DNA from: Octopus bimaculoides
Taxonomy: Eukaryota
Length of the DNA: 64,000 bases
Direction of reading: 5' to 3'
Assembly (NCBI RefSeq): GCF_001194135.2
Contig: NC_068995.1
Location: 29,051,472-29,115,471, forward strand
The translations under genes and the position numbers were made by a program. Below are positions 1 through 13,599 of the stretch, one piece after another (position 1 is the stretch's first letter; every line of letters starts with the position of its first letter). The notes under the pieces are model-generated. The model had not been told where the DNA came from and did no database searches. It saw only the letters and a program-made list of their open reading frames with translations.

Positions 1-436
1 TAATCGAAGCTAGAATCACTGGACAAGTCTAGTTTCTATAAATTGCAGACTCGTCAGTAGTGATTACTCCATCGTCCAATGGTTTAGGTAAATCACACTG
101 TCAGTATACATATTTACCATATAAATTTATGACTTGCAGTTCTAAGGGTTAACTCTTATTTAATAATATAGGTGCCACCTAGCATCCTCAGTCACGACTA
201 CTGACGATTGAATTTTTCCTTTTCGGTTGTATATAGTATATTTATTATGATATAATAAATACATTATTATATTGGTGGCTAGAGCAATTAAAATCAAAAA
301 GGCAAAATTCATAATTAAGGGTGCAAAATAGCACCTGCAATTGCTAGAAATGAGAGCTAAAAAATATAACTCGAATAACCACACAAAATCACCAACCTCA
401 TGAGATATTCAGGGACTGCACGTAGCAAGCCCCACA

Positions 437-504
437 ACATCTTTCTTCGGCGAGATAAACTAAACTACTTCATTCTGTGCGTTTATCTCGCCGAAGAAAG
501 ATGT
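437..504. repeat. Perfect 24-bp inverted repeat with 20-nt loop (hairpin)
   Basis: ACATCTTTCTTCGGCGAGATAAAC (437-460) is the exact reverse complement of GTTTATCTCGCCGAAGAAAGATGT (481-504); a lower stem 422-430/506-514 is also possible. Confidence 0.9.
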
Positions 505-1282
505 AGCTTGCTGCTCGCATTAAATAAGTCGTAAAGAAGTTTTCTCTAAATGTATCCACTTCAAGCGCTAATTACTGGGAAACTGGGTCTTCCCGTTTGC
601 TGTTTAGGCCTTTTATGGTCTTTAAGGATTGTTTTATCCTCTGATCCAGTGGAGACAACCCGTCCTCATTAACGTTTTTATATGTTAGGCCTTAAATCTC
701 GATATCTGAGCGTTTCCTCACGTCCGCGTGGCAGAAAGTTTGAATTTTTTTTGTCTTGTATAGTCTGACGAGCTCTCCGCAAGGCTTTGACTTTCGCGGA
801 TACGAAATCTTTGGTAACTATGACCAGAATTTAAATATATATTTACACACTCTATGGTATTTGAAATTAATGACGCCTGTCACACGCAATGCATTTAGTA
901 AATTTCAGTGTGTTTTAATTGGAAATAGAGAAGACGCTGAGCGAGTGAAATTAGCAAGATTTATTTTTCAGGAGATATATTGATAGCGGAGTAAATCCAT
1001 AGACCCAATCTTTGGTAAAATGACAGTGCCAATAAATGTGAGGTTTAGGTTTTAGTTTTTTATCCATACGCTCGGAAAAATAAGCTTTACTCTGCCTTGA
1101 TGATCAAGTATTGAAAACGTGAGTACAGGGATTAAAGACGAACCATACTCATCGGATTATTCTTAATTCCATTTTGATTAATGTTTCCAAAGCAGTTAAA
1201 ACTGGTCCCGCTAATGTTAGAAATAATGGCTATAGATAATCATGTTATCACTGCTGCTTTTGCTGTTTCTGTTCAGCCACCT

Positions 1283-1670
1283 CTGCCCGTTTCCCAGCCC
1301 TAATCAAGAATATCGATGACAAAAAGAAATGCAGATTTTATCATCCCGTCTTTTTGTATAGGAAGATACTCAGCCTAATGTGTTTTTCTTTTTAAGAAGA
1401 GTAGAGCCTGACTTAAAGAATATTTTACTGTCATTACCTCATATTCGAACGACTACATACAAGCTCGCACGTTAACTTTGTTATTGAAATTTTATTGTTG
1501 TTTAACTCCAAATCAACTCTAATTGAACAGACTAAATGACATGCTGTCTATGGCCATTTCATCTTTTTATAGCTATCTAGGAGTCCTTATCTTCTTTTTA
1601 TAAAATATTAGAGTTCGGTTTGAGGGAAATCTGTTGCTATCTCTATCTGGTCGAGCGACTGAGTAGAGCT
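1283..1670 (-). mobile_element. Two degenerate copies of a short interspersed repeat (family D)
   Basis: Reverse complement of about 1600-1665 (CTCGACCAGATAGAGATAGCAACAGATTTCCCTCAAA) resembles 43830-43870 and the copy near 39890; 1283-1450 carries the other half (CATCCCGTCTTTTT motif). Confidence 0.45.
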
Positions 1671-1859
1671 TCCTTCGTTTTTTAGTCATTTTTTTTTTAC
1701 TACTGTTGTATGACACTTATACCAAACAGATAGGTGACAGAATGCTGCATTCATCTATCGCATCTAGGTCGTCCCATAGGACGGCCGCATTCGATCAACG
1801 TTAAAGTAAATACCTTCCCACGTTTCTGGAACATGTCGGAATTGCTGAAAGAGAATTCT

Positions 1860-3200
1860 CTGGTGCAATGACTAAATCGGGTAACTAGATAAAATATCAT
1901 CTACATATTGTTTACTAAAATATAAGGATACTAAAGATAGTATGAAAATGGACACTATACACTTGACGCAAAAGTGTTGAAAGCAAGCTGAGGGAAACAG
2001 TTGAAGTACACTGTCACCTTTATTGTTCACATTCAAGAACCAAAACCAAGCGACACGGCTTTGGAAAACCAGGCTTACTTTTATGCTTTGTCTATTCTTA
2101 AACAGTACCGCTACGTCACTTATACCTCGCACTTGTCTAGAAAGAGAGCAAGTGACCGCGTTTGACAAATCCTTGGCTGGCTAATGGCTGTTTCATTCAG
2201 ATCTACAAATCTGAGATCGTTGGGTAGTTATTGCTTCAAGGTCACGTGCATTTAAGCAACCTATTTTCAGTATTGTCACTCTAGGAGAAAAAGAAACAAA
2301 AAGAGGAATAAATCACTAATCCTAGCTCTGAATTAGTCCTTTTTCGGTGTATTTGTATGGGCATTTCAAAAGCTTTCATTTAATAATTTGTAAAGCCCCC
2401 TACATAATATGGGAAACGCTTCCACAAAATATGGTACATTTCTGCAGTAGTTATTAACAATAGCCATCTTCCTGGCGATTTGGAGACGGTGACTGCAACA
2501 AGACCTTCATCTTTTGTTAAAAATTTGTCTTCGTGGAATTTCATGAACTCTTCGTTCTCCTTTTGGAGACTGTATAATTGAGGGTTTCATCTGTTTCTTT
2601 GCTGAAGTTATTAGCCCTTTAAGGTTAAATTGTTTTATCTCGGATTCTTTTTATCGTACTCTGTTCGCTGCTAGTCTTGGTGTGTCTCTGGCTGTTGCTG
2701 TTATCGTTGTTTCTGTTCTTGACATTGCTGCTGTTGGTTTATTTCTTATGGTTATTGTAGGAGTTGTATTTGTTGTCGTTGTGGCTGTTGCTGTGAATGT
2801 TGCTGTGGCTGTTGTTATTGTTGTTGTGACTGTTGGTCTGTCGCCTGCTTCATTTATTGGACGCAGTGTGTTAAATTTGGTGTCCTCAAACTTTTGAGAT
2901 TTGGGACTCGGATCAGTATATTCATATGCTCGTCTTCTCTACTTTTTGGATGCTTTTGTGCCATTCGCAGATACTTCTAAATGTGGACCTTGGTTGGGCT
3001 TGCGCTTATTCTCTCGTCTGTCATTTGTTTATGTTGGGGTGGTTGTAACATTTGTGGTGGTGATGTTGGAGGGGGGAACGTGTCCCTGCGCCCCGCTCTG
3101 AGTGGGAAAATCTTTGTTGCATTATTTGTAGGCACGTCTTCTGGAGCAACCAAAATCTGAAACTCCATGGACGTTCCCATTCTATTCTAGTGGGGGATTA
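1860..3200 (-). mobile_element. Degenerate L1/Tx1-type LINE: ORF1 remnant plus APE endonuclease start
   Basis: Minus-strand translation gives ILKIGCLNARDL near 2270 (APE N-terminal motif), then DLNET and RGISDVAVLF; broken low-complexity ORF1-like frames lie at 2400-3200. Confidence 0.6.
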
Positions 3201-4104
3201 GACTTCATGCGTATAATATCCTATAGCCTGGCCATTACTCTCGCGTGGTCCCTATTAAGATGTATGGTAGTGAGGCTGACTTTGGTCACAAAATACTCTA
3301 TATGTAATGGGATCATGACAAACTGCTGAAAGGAGAGACTTGCATCCGTTAAACGAGCTTCCAAGGTCGCTATTGAAAATATCTATTACCATCACCATGA
3401 CTTTTCCTCTATTCCTCTCCCGGTCTCTATATCTCTCTCCCTCTTACATTTTAAATTTCATTATACAGAGAGATTATTGATATGAGGGACAGGTTAAGTT
3501 GTGAGTTTCTTTGGGAAGTTGCTGTAGAAAGTGAATGTAAGTGCTGGTAGTATTTCGACTACTTATATAAATATTCCCAAATTCGTTTTCTTATAATATA
3601 ATATAAGATATGAATGGTTTTTAGTCCTTCAATTGCCTTCAAATTCAATAAAATAAATTTAATTGATATGCAGGCATATATAGTATACCCAGCCACTAAG
3701 AATGTATTACCTTATATCAAACTTAAAAAAATATAACCATATAGTTGCAACTGTAGTGTAGAAATAAAAGCGGATCAAAGAAAGTATCAATGTATATCAG
3801 ATAAAAAGTCTGAAATTATGTTAAAAATAATGTAGATATGAGAGTAAAAAATAACTGTTGCTCACAACGCAGAAATGAAACAGTCCAAATCCGTTGGGTG
3901 ATTTTCGTGATGAATTTAACTGAATAACAAATGGTGGTGTTACCGAAAGCTAATCGCTGAGGTGTTAAATGATAGAAACAGTTTAATGTAGCAAAGAATT
4001 CAAACTTCCAATAACTCACACTGGCTTGGCTATGGTACTGCGTTGAGGATCAGGGGTATGAATTACATATTTACAGCAATTCTCAGACAGATGAAATTTA
4101 TATC

Positions 4105-4106
<2 letters not shown>

Positions 4107-4174
<68 letters not shown>

Positions 4175-4186
4175 NNNNNNNNNNNN

Positions 4187-4270
<84 letters not shown>
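4107..4270. repeat. (GT)n microsatellite spanning a short N gap
   Basis: Direct observation. Confidence 0.95.
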
Positions 4271-4271
<1 letters not shown>

Positions 4272-4910
4272 AAGTATGTATACATATACACACACATAGT
4301 GTATATGGAAATATATACATGTATGTTTATATACATATATCCAAAAATTATACCCATATCTTTCTTGAATATATATATGTGCGTCTGCATGCGTGGCAGC
4401 ATATTTGCAACCCCACACATAATAACTGAAGCCTATGCACCTTACCTACATCTGTGAATTTTGTTTATTTTAATTAACTCTCAGCGTGTGGTATGCTTAT
4501 ATTTTATTACAGAAATATTAGAATCTTATTCCCCCTTCATCTTCTGCTGTAAATGAAATTACATAATGGTATAAATGAAACTGATATTTCTGTATGTAGC
4601 TCGTCAATAGAATCTCTGTCGGAAAATTAAATAATTTTCCACTGTACCGATATGTAGTGTTGGTACTCGTTTTTTTTTTTTTGCTTTAGTAACCATTCTC
4701 CGACTGGTAACTTTCTCCCTATTTAGATAAATGAATTTGTACTTAGATACATGCTTGTTTGTATATAAATTTTTCTTCGGAATTTATTGAAAGATTTTCA
4801 TTTTTTACTCTTCAGAACTCAAGCTGGTCACTAACAATGTGAGAAGAAGCATTTTATTAAGGCAAAACAGCTGCTGGGGTTTGTAGTTATCTGCATCGGT
4901 TGGTGAGTGA

Positions 4911-4948
<38 letters not shown>

Positions 4949-5654
4949 TCGAAACGTGTCCATGGTAAGCTGTTTATGATGCCTTTCAATCTGTTTCAAA
5001 TAGGAGTTAAGTCTCCTTCGAAACACTACACCGCTTCAAAATGAAAGGGAAAATTGGATGATGTAACTAGTTACCTAGTTACCCTAAAAACACGGTTAAT
5101 ATCTAATCGATAGTCAACGTTGGTTAACCAAAGCTATGGTCTGAGGAGTTCAAGCCATAACAATCCTGTTGTCCTCGGGACCTCTATGGTTAATGCTAAC
5201 CTTAATACTTAATACTTTCTTAAGATTATGCGTGTGGACTAAGGAGTATTTAGCTGCTATTTCTTACAAGTCAAAGTGGAGAAAGACATTTTTTCAGCTG
5301 CGGTATAAAGAAGATACAGAAAACCTAGAAACAGGATGTCGAAAAACACCTGATGCTAAAGTGATACAAATAACAACAACAACTAACACCCACAAATGCT
5401 GTCCTCCTCCCTGCTTCTTCTACTCTGAATATATCATACTGGGGCACAATCTTCAACGGTTTAATCGAACAACGATCACCGTTTTAGTTTATTTTTCTGG
5501 TACTTCGTCTATTCGCACCGTTTTGCCGAACTGGTAAGTGGTGAAGACCTAAAGAAGTCAACAACGGTTGTCAAGTATAGAAGACATAACGTAAAGACAC
5601 GAGTACACGCCTCCCACACACACACGCACATAAATGCATACACACCTATGTATG

Positions 5655-5657
5655 TAA

Positions 5658-5692
<35 letters not shown>

Positions 5693-5729
5693 TATATATA
5701 CATACACATACATACGTATGTATGTATGT

Positions 5730-5790
<61 letters not shown>
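5655..5790. repeat. Compound (TA)n/(CATA)n microsatellite
   Basis: Direct observation. Confidence 0.95.
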
Positions 5791-5793
<3 letters not shown>

Positions 5794-5854
5794 GTGGGTA
5801 TCGTACACACGTGGATGGGACAGTTACCGCAGTATTGTCCTGTAATAGCATCTC

Positions 5855-6012
5855 TTATGGATTTCCTATGTCAAAAACACCATAAATACGAGAAAAAGTC
5901 GAAAAATTGCCCCAGCAGCGGCCAGCAAGAACATCAAATGCATTTCTGCTTTTAAGTCCTTTCAATGGCGTGTACTCGCAGCCGGCCACATGCTCGGACA
6001 AGAATTCGTCGA
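5855..6012 (-). CDS. Candidate last coding exon of putative gene 2 ([51 protein letters not shown])
   Basis: Strong acceptor TTTTCCTTGTATCTCAG; the phase-1 frame is the longest open one and matches the phase of exon 6832-6987; a GCG|GTAACT donor lies at 5828 just after the stop. Confidence 0.4.
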
Positions 6013-6831
6013 CTGAGATACAAGGAAAATTAAATAAAATATTCACTGATGCTGCGAATAGCCGCCTAAAAACTGGGGGTGGGGTGGGTGGAGTTCTGTT
6101 ATTTTGGATAGATAATATAATCCAAGCAGAGTTGTAAAAACAGTTTTGTTAGAGGATAAAAAAGCATCGAGACTGCTTAATCAAATTAACATTCCAAATT
6201 GAACATCTAATCAAAACAATTTGTACTTTCGTGCAGCAAGAGATAGTTTGAAGACCTATAAAAAAATTAAATAAAAAAACAAACACCGAAACTTACTGCA
6301 TAATATCATAGTTGATAAAGTATTGAGCCAACTGCATATGAATTTGAAAAACAATTTAATGTTAATAATACCGGCTCATTCTTCTTTTATAAAAGACAAA
6401 GGAAGCGTTTATGTTAAGAAAAGTAAATCAATTAGTGAATTCAATGCATCTAAAGAGCAAACCTTCGTAATACTGTGCTCTAATGCATTAGATAATAGTT
6501 ACAGGACATTGTGGCAAACGTAAATAACAAAGATTCTTACACCAGAGTTAACGTGAAGATGGACAGAGGTATCAACGCATATATATACAGAGGTATCAAC
6601 GCATATATATACAGAGAAAAGAAAACGGATTTTTATCATGATGTAATTGATTTGTTCATCAATAAATAACCTTTGTTATTTACTCCTGATTCAGAAGGCA
6701 GTGTGAGATATTGGAAGTGTGAGAACTGCTTCTAATTCATAATATAATTTTCTTTCAATTGTGCTCTGTCGCAGTACATCAGCAAATGGACTTCACTATA
6801 TATGCAAATAAATTACAAGCAATCGATTCAC

Positions 6832-6987
6832 TTCGTTTCGAGATGATCTGATCACATGGGGAAATATCGGTTTCTTTCGTTCTCGGTGATTCCGAAGCGA
6901 GTTGTCTCATCTTGTCTGTGACATTCAGGTGTTCTTTAACACTAGGCGTCATACTGGGAGTATTCTCTAGACGCTGTGCGGCAGCAA
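6832..6987 (-). CDS. Candidate internal exon of putative gene 2 (AAAQRLENTPSMTPSVKEHLNVTDKMRQLASESPRTKETDISPCDQIISKR)
   Basis: 156 nt, symmetric phase 1, open; acceptor GTTTTGCTTATATGCCAAAG, donor GAA|GTGAAT. Confidence 0.4.
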
Positions 6988-7039
6988 CTTTGGCATATAA
7001 GCAAAACACATATCTTATGGACATGCGACCGATAATGCT

Positions 7040-7073
<34 letters not shown>

Positions 7074-7089
7074 TATATTTATTTGGAGA

Positions 7090-8495
7090 GAGAGAGGTTA
7101 TGAGCAGTAGTGATGTCAATTAGACCCAGGGGTTTCAGGTAATGCTGAGTAAGTGCGATGGATAGACCATAGTTAAGCTCCAGGTACGGTGATTATGCGA
7201 ATAAGGGGTCCAGGGAGAATTCACAAAAAACAAAACAAAAAGACGATGACAGGTGGTGTGGTGTGGTGTGGTGTGGTGGTGTTGGGATGTGGCGAAGGCG
7301 AGAGTGGGGAAAGCAAAGGTGGGGTGTGGGTTAGCTGAGGGTGGGGTATGTGGAAGTGGGTGTAAGGGATTGGGTGGGGTGGTGTGGGATGGATAAGGAA
7401 GGTGGGGTTACGAGAGAGGGATGACTGTGAAGGGAGAAGATGGGTAGGAGCGAAGAGAAAAGAGGAGAGTAGGAGTGAAGAGAAGTAGGAATCGGAGCAA
7501 GTGAGGAGAGGTGGGTGGGAAGAAGTAGGTGTGAGAGGGAGAGAAGAGAGGAGAGGAGGGTTAGATGAAGAGGGGCGGAGTGTTGAGCCCATGTGGCGCA
7601 AAGGAGCGAAGAGAGAAGATTAATCCCTGTGCAAGGACAATCCGAATACAGACAGGTGTTACAAAGAGTGACCAGTAGAGCGGAAATGGCGCGAGACAGG
7701 GGTGTCACTGCCGTGTAGGATGTCTCGGAGGTGTTCTTACCGAGTCAGATGTCCCGGAGGTGTTCCGCGAACCGGTCAGCCAAGAGGCGTCCCGTTTGCC
7801 CATGTATAGAGAAGGGCAGAGATAGCAGAAGATTCAGTAGATGACATTGCTAGAAGTGCAGGTGAAGGACTCGGTGATATGATAGGGTCGATGATGGGTG
7901 CCGGTGAGGAGGGTGGTGTTGGAGAGGTAAGGGCAAGTACGGAAACGTGGGCGGGAGCAGGGTAACGAGCCGGGTTAGGAAGTTGGGTTAGGGAAGAAGC
8001 TGTGAGCCAAGAGGTCTCGTACGTTGTGGGCTTCTTTGAAAGAGGGGAGAGTTCGGTTAGGAAAGATGTGCGAAGTGGAGGGGTCGGAGTAGAGTCGCCG
8101 AAAGGCTCGGAGAATAGTCCGTTGGAGAGGTAGGTGAGATGAAACGGGAGACGGGAGATGGCGGGGATAGAGAGCAGATGCACGTTCCATGGAACGTGCT
8201 TTGGCAAGGGCGGTGTGGATGGTGGTGAGGGGATGGTGGTGCGTAGACGGAGGAATTGGGAATAGGGAATGGAGAGCTTGGTGTGTTTAGATGTGGGAGG
8301 AGGAGAAGTCGAGGTATGAGTGTGAGTCTGTGTGTTTGTAGTGGATGGAGGTGGTGGGAGTGGAGTGATGAATGCTGACCGAAATGTCAAGAAAGGAGGA
8401 AGAGGTGTCAGAGATAGTGCAGAAGTGGAGGGTAGGATGGAAAGATTTGACAAAAGAGAGGAAAGAGTCTAGATATTCGCGGGAGTGTGAGGTCA
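7090..8495 (-). mobile_element. Penelope-like element fragment (RT C-terminus plus GIY-YIG), family P1
   Basis: Broken frames read SFLDISVSI..TSIHYKHTDSHSYLDFSSSH, KLSIPYSQFLRLR and ESFTCTSSNVIY, typical of PLE RT and GIY-YIG; same family as 56316-57270. Confidence 0.8.
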
Positions 8496-8529
8496 CACAC
8501 GCAAGCATACATGCTCGCACACGTATATG

Positions 8530-8555
8530 AATGTGTGTGNNNNNNNNNNNNNNNN

Positions 8556-8625
<70 letters not shown>
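8530..8625. repeat. (GT)n microsatellite with N gap
   Basis: Direct observation. Confidence 0.95.
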
Positions 8626-9029
8626 GTACATGCGTACATGCGTGCCTATACACGCATTTACAATACCGATAAAGGAAAATAATACTCTCCGCCTTCAGAC
8701 GTTTAAATGTATCTATTTAAGAATAAGAAAAACTGGCATACGGAATACGTTGAAAATTAAATTGACATCATCGAGGGATAATACCAGATTTGAGGTTATC
8801 TATATTGATAAAGGTGACGGTTACAAGTCAGATTTGATTTCAATGTTAATATATTGTATTCATAGATATAAAATGCCAAAATAGTTGAATGTTTTCAGGT
8901 CCATGTTGGTCATCTCAATTCATTACTTTGACATTTAAGCTACTTTTACTTGTAATTAAATAGTTTCAAGGAAACACGTTTGTTTTGTTTACTTAAATAA
9001 TGTTATGTAACCCTCTTGCTGATACTTAC

Positions 9030-9090
9030 TTGGCAAATGAATGTTCACAGTAGCAAAGCCAAAATAAATTTCACCAGGACGATTGTTAAA
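9030..9090 (-). CDS. Weak candidate exon of putative gene 2 (FNNRPGEIYFGFATVNIHLP)
   Basis: Perfect donor CAA|GTAAGT; 61 nt, phase 0 to 1, bridging exons 16277-16363 and 6832-6987; the acceptor lacks a pyrimidine tract. Confidence 0.2.
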
Positions 9091-11310
9091 CTTATTTCAA
9101 TACTCCATCTGTTATTATTATGTACATACCAGGAATGTGTTTAGTATGTAAATTCATTTACCCAATAGAAGTTACACCGCTAAATTTAGTGGCTATTTAA
9201 GTAATGTGTTCGTGGATGGTAATCGGATTGGATGTAACGCCGAAGAAACAGTAATAGTTTCTGAAATATGCATCTAAAGCCATTACGTATTTTTCGATTT
9301 TTCGCTCGCATTGTTTACGCATAAGTATTCGCGTACAAAACGTCGTAAATTTGAGTTCCGATTCTAATTTTTATGGAAAACATGTAGAGGTAGTTCAACA
9401 AAAACGAAATTAAGACAAAAAAGTTATATATATAACGTCATATGAATTCATTCACACATAGTGTATTGTGTCTTAACATTACAAAAAAATTATTTTAGAT
9501 ATTGATTTATCCAACTCTATCTGTTAATACATTGCACATTAAATAAGCTGAAACCTAGTTACCTATTGTTTAACATGTGGCAAGTTCACGAAATTAGGCA
9601 CTTTCGAGATAATATTTCTCAGCCAAGAAATATACATGTTTACATGATGAGTGGATTGATTCAAGTTATAGTAAGAATAAATGCTATATGCTCTGTGTCC
9701 ACCGCTCTGCACTAGCTATTGTTTAGGGTGGTCTTATAAAATCAAATATTGTTATAAGTAACAACTGTCAATACGCGAAGACAAATGATGAACTTATAGC
9801 CTTAGACCAAGGTCAGCTGTCTCCAAACGGAAGCGATCACGAAGATAAACTATGCAAAACGAAATAGATTTTCTGATGTGACCAAAGGACAAATGATTTA
9901 GAATGGTTGAGGATGAAAGGCTGAAGGTCTCCGTTTGATGAGACGGGAAATGGGATTTCGATAAACTACACGCGGATAATAATATAGAAAGACCGCAAGT
10001 CTAGTTGTGACCTGAATGCATGTGACAGACCACACTTAACTAAAGAAAGAAATATAACGAAAAACATGCGTTGCTACTCCCAAAACTGCCAGAATAAAAG
10101 TGCTAAAATATATTGTCAAAAGTTCCTTTTTTGCGTGTGTGATAATTATTTAGATACATTGCACGTTACTTAAATACATTGGGAAGTTATTCACACTAAA
10201 AATAATTACAAGCGTCTGTAAGGAAAGAAAAAAGTGGTCTCCAAGTGTGACAATCATGTTATTTCCCAAAATATAGAACGTTCAGCAACGAAAAACGGTT
10301 AGTATCATAATGTTATCTTCTTAGCATCCGGTCGAGAATATTCATTTTGTTCTCTTGACGTTTATGTATCAGCCCGAGTTTGGCTTCAGCTATAAAGCAA
10401 TGTGTATTCGAGAGGTAGCATCTAGTGGCTGTCTCCTCATGCTAATGTCACACTATACTTGGTGCCTCTACTATACCTACCAGTAGACATATAAATACGG
10501 TTACAGTCTATGTTGACTATAAGTTGGCATTCATGTGAATGTAGCAAAACGTAAATATCACTCAACAACAAGTTCTAACGTTCAAAATATTTCTTAAAAT
10601 ATAAATATTAGCGACTCTAAATTTGATGTATTTCAAGCAATAAAAAAATCGATCAATGGTCATTTTAAGGATAATATTAATTGCACATATAATAAAAAAT
10701 TTCAATTTTCAGATGCAGTAAAATAGAAAACAAAAAATTGTTTGGCTTAATCCTCCATGCAATCTTAATGTGAGAATAAATATCACATTAGTCTTTTAAT
10801 ATTTTCCGAAAAACACTACATAAAAATTTTCTAAGAATAATGCTAAATTAGGTTTCAGTTACAGAAATATCAAATATCAAATTAAATTCTTGAGGAAGTC
10901 ATTGTGTCATTTGAGGTAAGAATCATTTTAATGCTAAAAATGGCTACGTGAGAACTTTCTATGAACTTGCAATCACTCTAAATCAATAAATGACATGTTC
11001 GAGTAACACGACTCTTGTTAACCTTCGACCTGGCACCATCAAGAATAAGATAGACATTTTTTTAAGTCACGTTTCAATGAAACCAAATAGCTTGATATTT
11101 TCTTAGCTTGTTTCAAACGATATCTGTTGAGGGTTAAGTTAATGTAGGTATTTAAGAATTTATATGTGTTTCAGTTTGTATTTGTGTGGAATGTATTTCT
11201 GCATGTTTATTTCTATGTGCCTGCTTGGCAATTCCTGTGGAGTTGGGTATGTTTGAGTGGACACTTTTGAATGTGTGTCTATTAATATGTCTTTGTATCG
11301 TTGCGTATTT

Positions 11311-11354
<44 letters not shown>

Positions 11355-11384
11355 CTGTGGTTATATTTTTTATGCATATGAACG

Positions 11385-12690
11385 TATAATACGAAAGTTC
11401 TACCGAAAGTAATGCAAACATGGGGAAAACTTTTATTAACTGACATTGTTAAAATTTGCACATATAGGTACAGTAACTCTTTTTTCTATATAGGTACAGT
11501 AACTCTTTTTTCTATATAGGTACTTCACTATAGAGGCTATCACAAGTGATGCATTTGCGCTATCATTGAACTCAACTCTCGAATGCTCTTCAAAAGAATT
11601 GAGTATGCACTGCTGTAGCCACTTCCATCTCATCTCTGTACCTCAAAACTGTTCTTCATTAGACTGAGCTGGTGGTAGTCAGATGACGCTAGATTCGATC
11701 TATGTAGAGAATCGGAGACCACCGTGTAGAGGATCGGAGACCACTGTGTAGAGGATCAGAGTCCAATTTACTGATTACCTGATTTGTTGCCAAAGATGTC
11801 TGCGTCACGCTTTGTCATGGTGAATGTGGATAATTCTTAGATTCTTGTTCAGTCTCTTCCGCCTAATGGTTTCTCTAAGATTTTTACTGTCTCAATCTAC
11901 GGTTCACTGAACCGTTCAATGCTCTAGGTGCAGCCATGTTCCATAAAATCAAGGAGAATGACGTCCTTGATGTCTCCTTAAAACAGTTGCCATTACTTTC
12001 TAAGTTATTCACCGTCTCTTGAAATTCGGAGGACAGATGTGATAACATTTCATGGAGTGAATCTTCGTTTTGAGGCCCTAAAGACATAACTAGGTTTCAT
12101 CCCTGTCGCCAGTTTGGAAAAAATGTCTTCATTGGCTTTAAGTTCTTCCAGCAAAGCAAACCAGCCTGCTACACATCTGCCTTTAAATTGGGTGTCAACT
12201 ACAGCGCTATCCAGTTTGCACACACTTTCCGGTACCCAAATCTACCACAAATATCTGTAACGCATTGTGACCATAAACCAGTTCTGCAGGTAACTCATGA
12301 GTTATGACTCGCCTGTCCGTGCGAATTAATTCGTCCGCGCGCTGATGATTCGTGTCAGTGAGCGCACTTGACAGTTTTCCCCTGTGTGACTTGTCTTCAA
12401 TACTGTTTTCTTCTTTAAACTATCATATTCCATCCATCTGTGCATATTCCTCTTGACATTAATGTCATCCCTGTAAACAACCTATACGCTTCTGTGAATG
12501 TCAGACACTCTGCATTCCCTCCTGCTTCAAGCCTAAATCTCTTGGAACCCATTATTTGTCTGTAGTGAAAAATATGAGTAACAACAGGGGGAAATTTATT
12601 CCATCAGAGTGTGCTATTTGAATGACTTACGCTCGTTAATAGAAAAGTTGTGCTCACTTTTGCATTACATTGTTGTAATCCTTATAGTTT
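11385..12690 (-). mobile_element. Degenerate mariner (Tc1/mariner) transposon, about 1.3 kb
   Basis: Broken frames: IWVPE (WVPHEL-like), DIFSKLATG (IVTGDE-like), DVILLDFMEHG, SNLASSDYH (SPDLAPSDY-like); decayed TIRs share GTAATGCAAA at both ends. Confidence 0.7.
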
Positions 12691-13070
12691 TATATACCAG
12701 TCAGTAGTAGCATACATTTGTAACTAAGTCTCTTATGTACGTGTTATGTATGTGTGTGCAAGCATTTATGCATATATGTGAACGTTTGCTTTGTCTGGTG
12801 TATTTCAATTATCCCAACAAAGAAGAGAAAAAAAGACATTGTAAAAGAAAAAAAACTCGGCCAAAAGATATTTGAAACCATGATTTCTCTATCCTGTTCA
12901 CTTTTCATATCATATTGCTCGAATTAGGTTACGGTTCTGAACATAGAAGCGAGAAAGTAAATCGACTGGTCATAAACAGTTGGGTAACTGAACTAATGTC
13001 ATTTTGTCGTCACTTGGTTTTAAATCAGAGAGAAAGAGCATATTCATACAAACATACATACGTACATACA

Positions 13071-13124
<54 letters not shown>

Positions 13125-13599
13125 NNNNNNNNNNNNNNNNNNNNNNNNNNNNNNNNNNNNNNNNNNNNNNNNNNNNNNNNNNNNNNNNNNNGATTTATTA
13201 ATAAATTAATAAATTGATAAATCTTTACCCTTTTAATTTGTAATAATTATATATATATAAGCAATGTTAATTCTCTAAATGAAGTATTAACAGTAACTGC
13301 ACGATAAAGTGTAGTATATTGCCACTTAAGTGTGGCTGACCCCTAGGGGTGGATGTTACTGTTGCTTTTAGCCCCAGGAGGACATCTCCTCCAGCTGGCT
13401 TATCGACACACGACTGTGTCCTGTTTGCCAAGGGAAGTTATCCCTCTCACCTCGATCTGCAGCACACTCACACACTCACACACACACACACACGCACAGA
13501 GTCTTCTACAAAGAAATCGTTGACAGTGACTTGCTTGCTTTCATCTGATTGCTTTAGTTGGGCTCATTTTAGTCTTCGGCAGTTTTTTTTTCTTGGTAG

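Noticed and set aside
763-812. CTGACGAG...GAAA hammerhead-like spacing
   Set aside because: Helix II does not close next to the core, and there is no helix I or III
1290-1400. Apparent LINE RT motif YLPIQKDGM on the minus strand
   Set aside because: The segment is better explained as a family D short repeat homologous to 43826-44020
4016-4457. HT/CV/YI/MYVC-repeat ORFs here and throughout the window
   Set aside because: Translations of di- and tetranucleotide microsatellites, not proteins
4816-4902. 87-nt plus-strand segment with excellent acceptor and GTGAGT donor
   Set aside because: Stops in all three frames; it could be a non-coding exon but nothing supports it further
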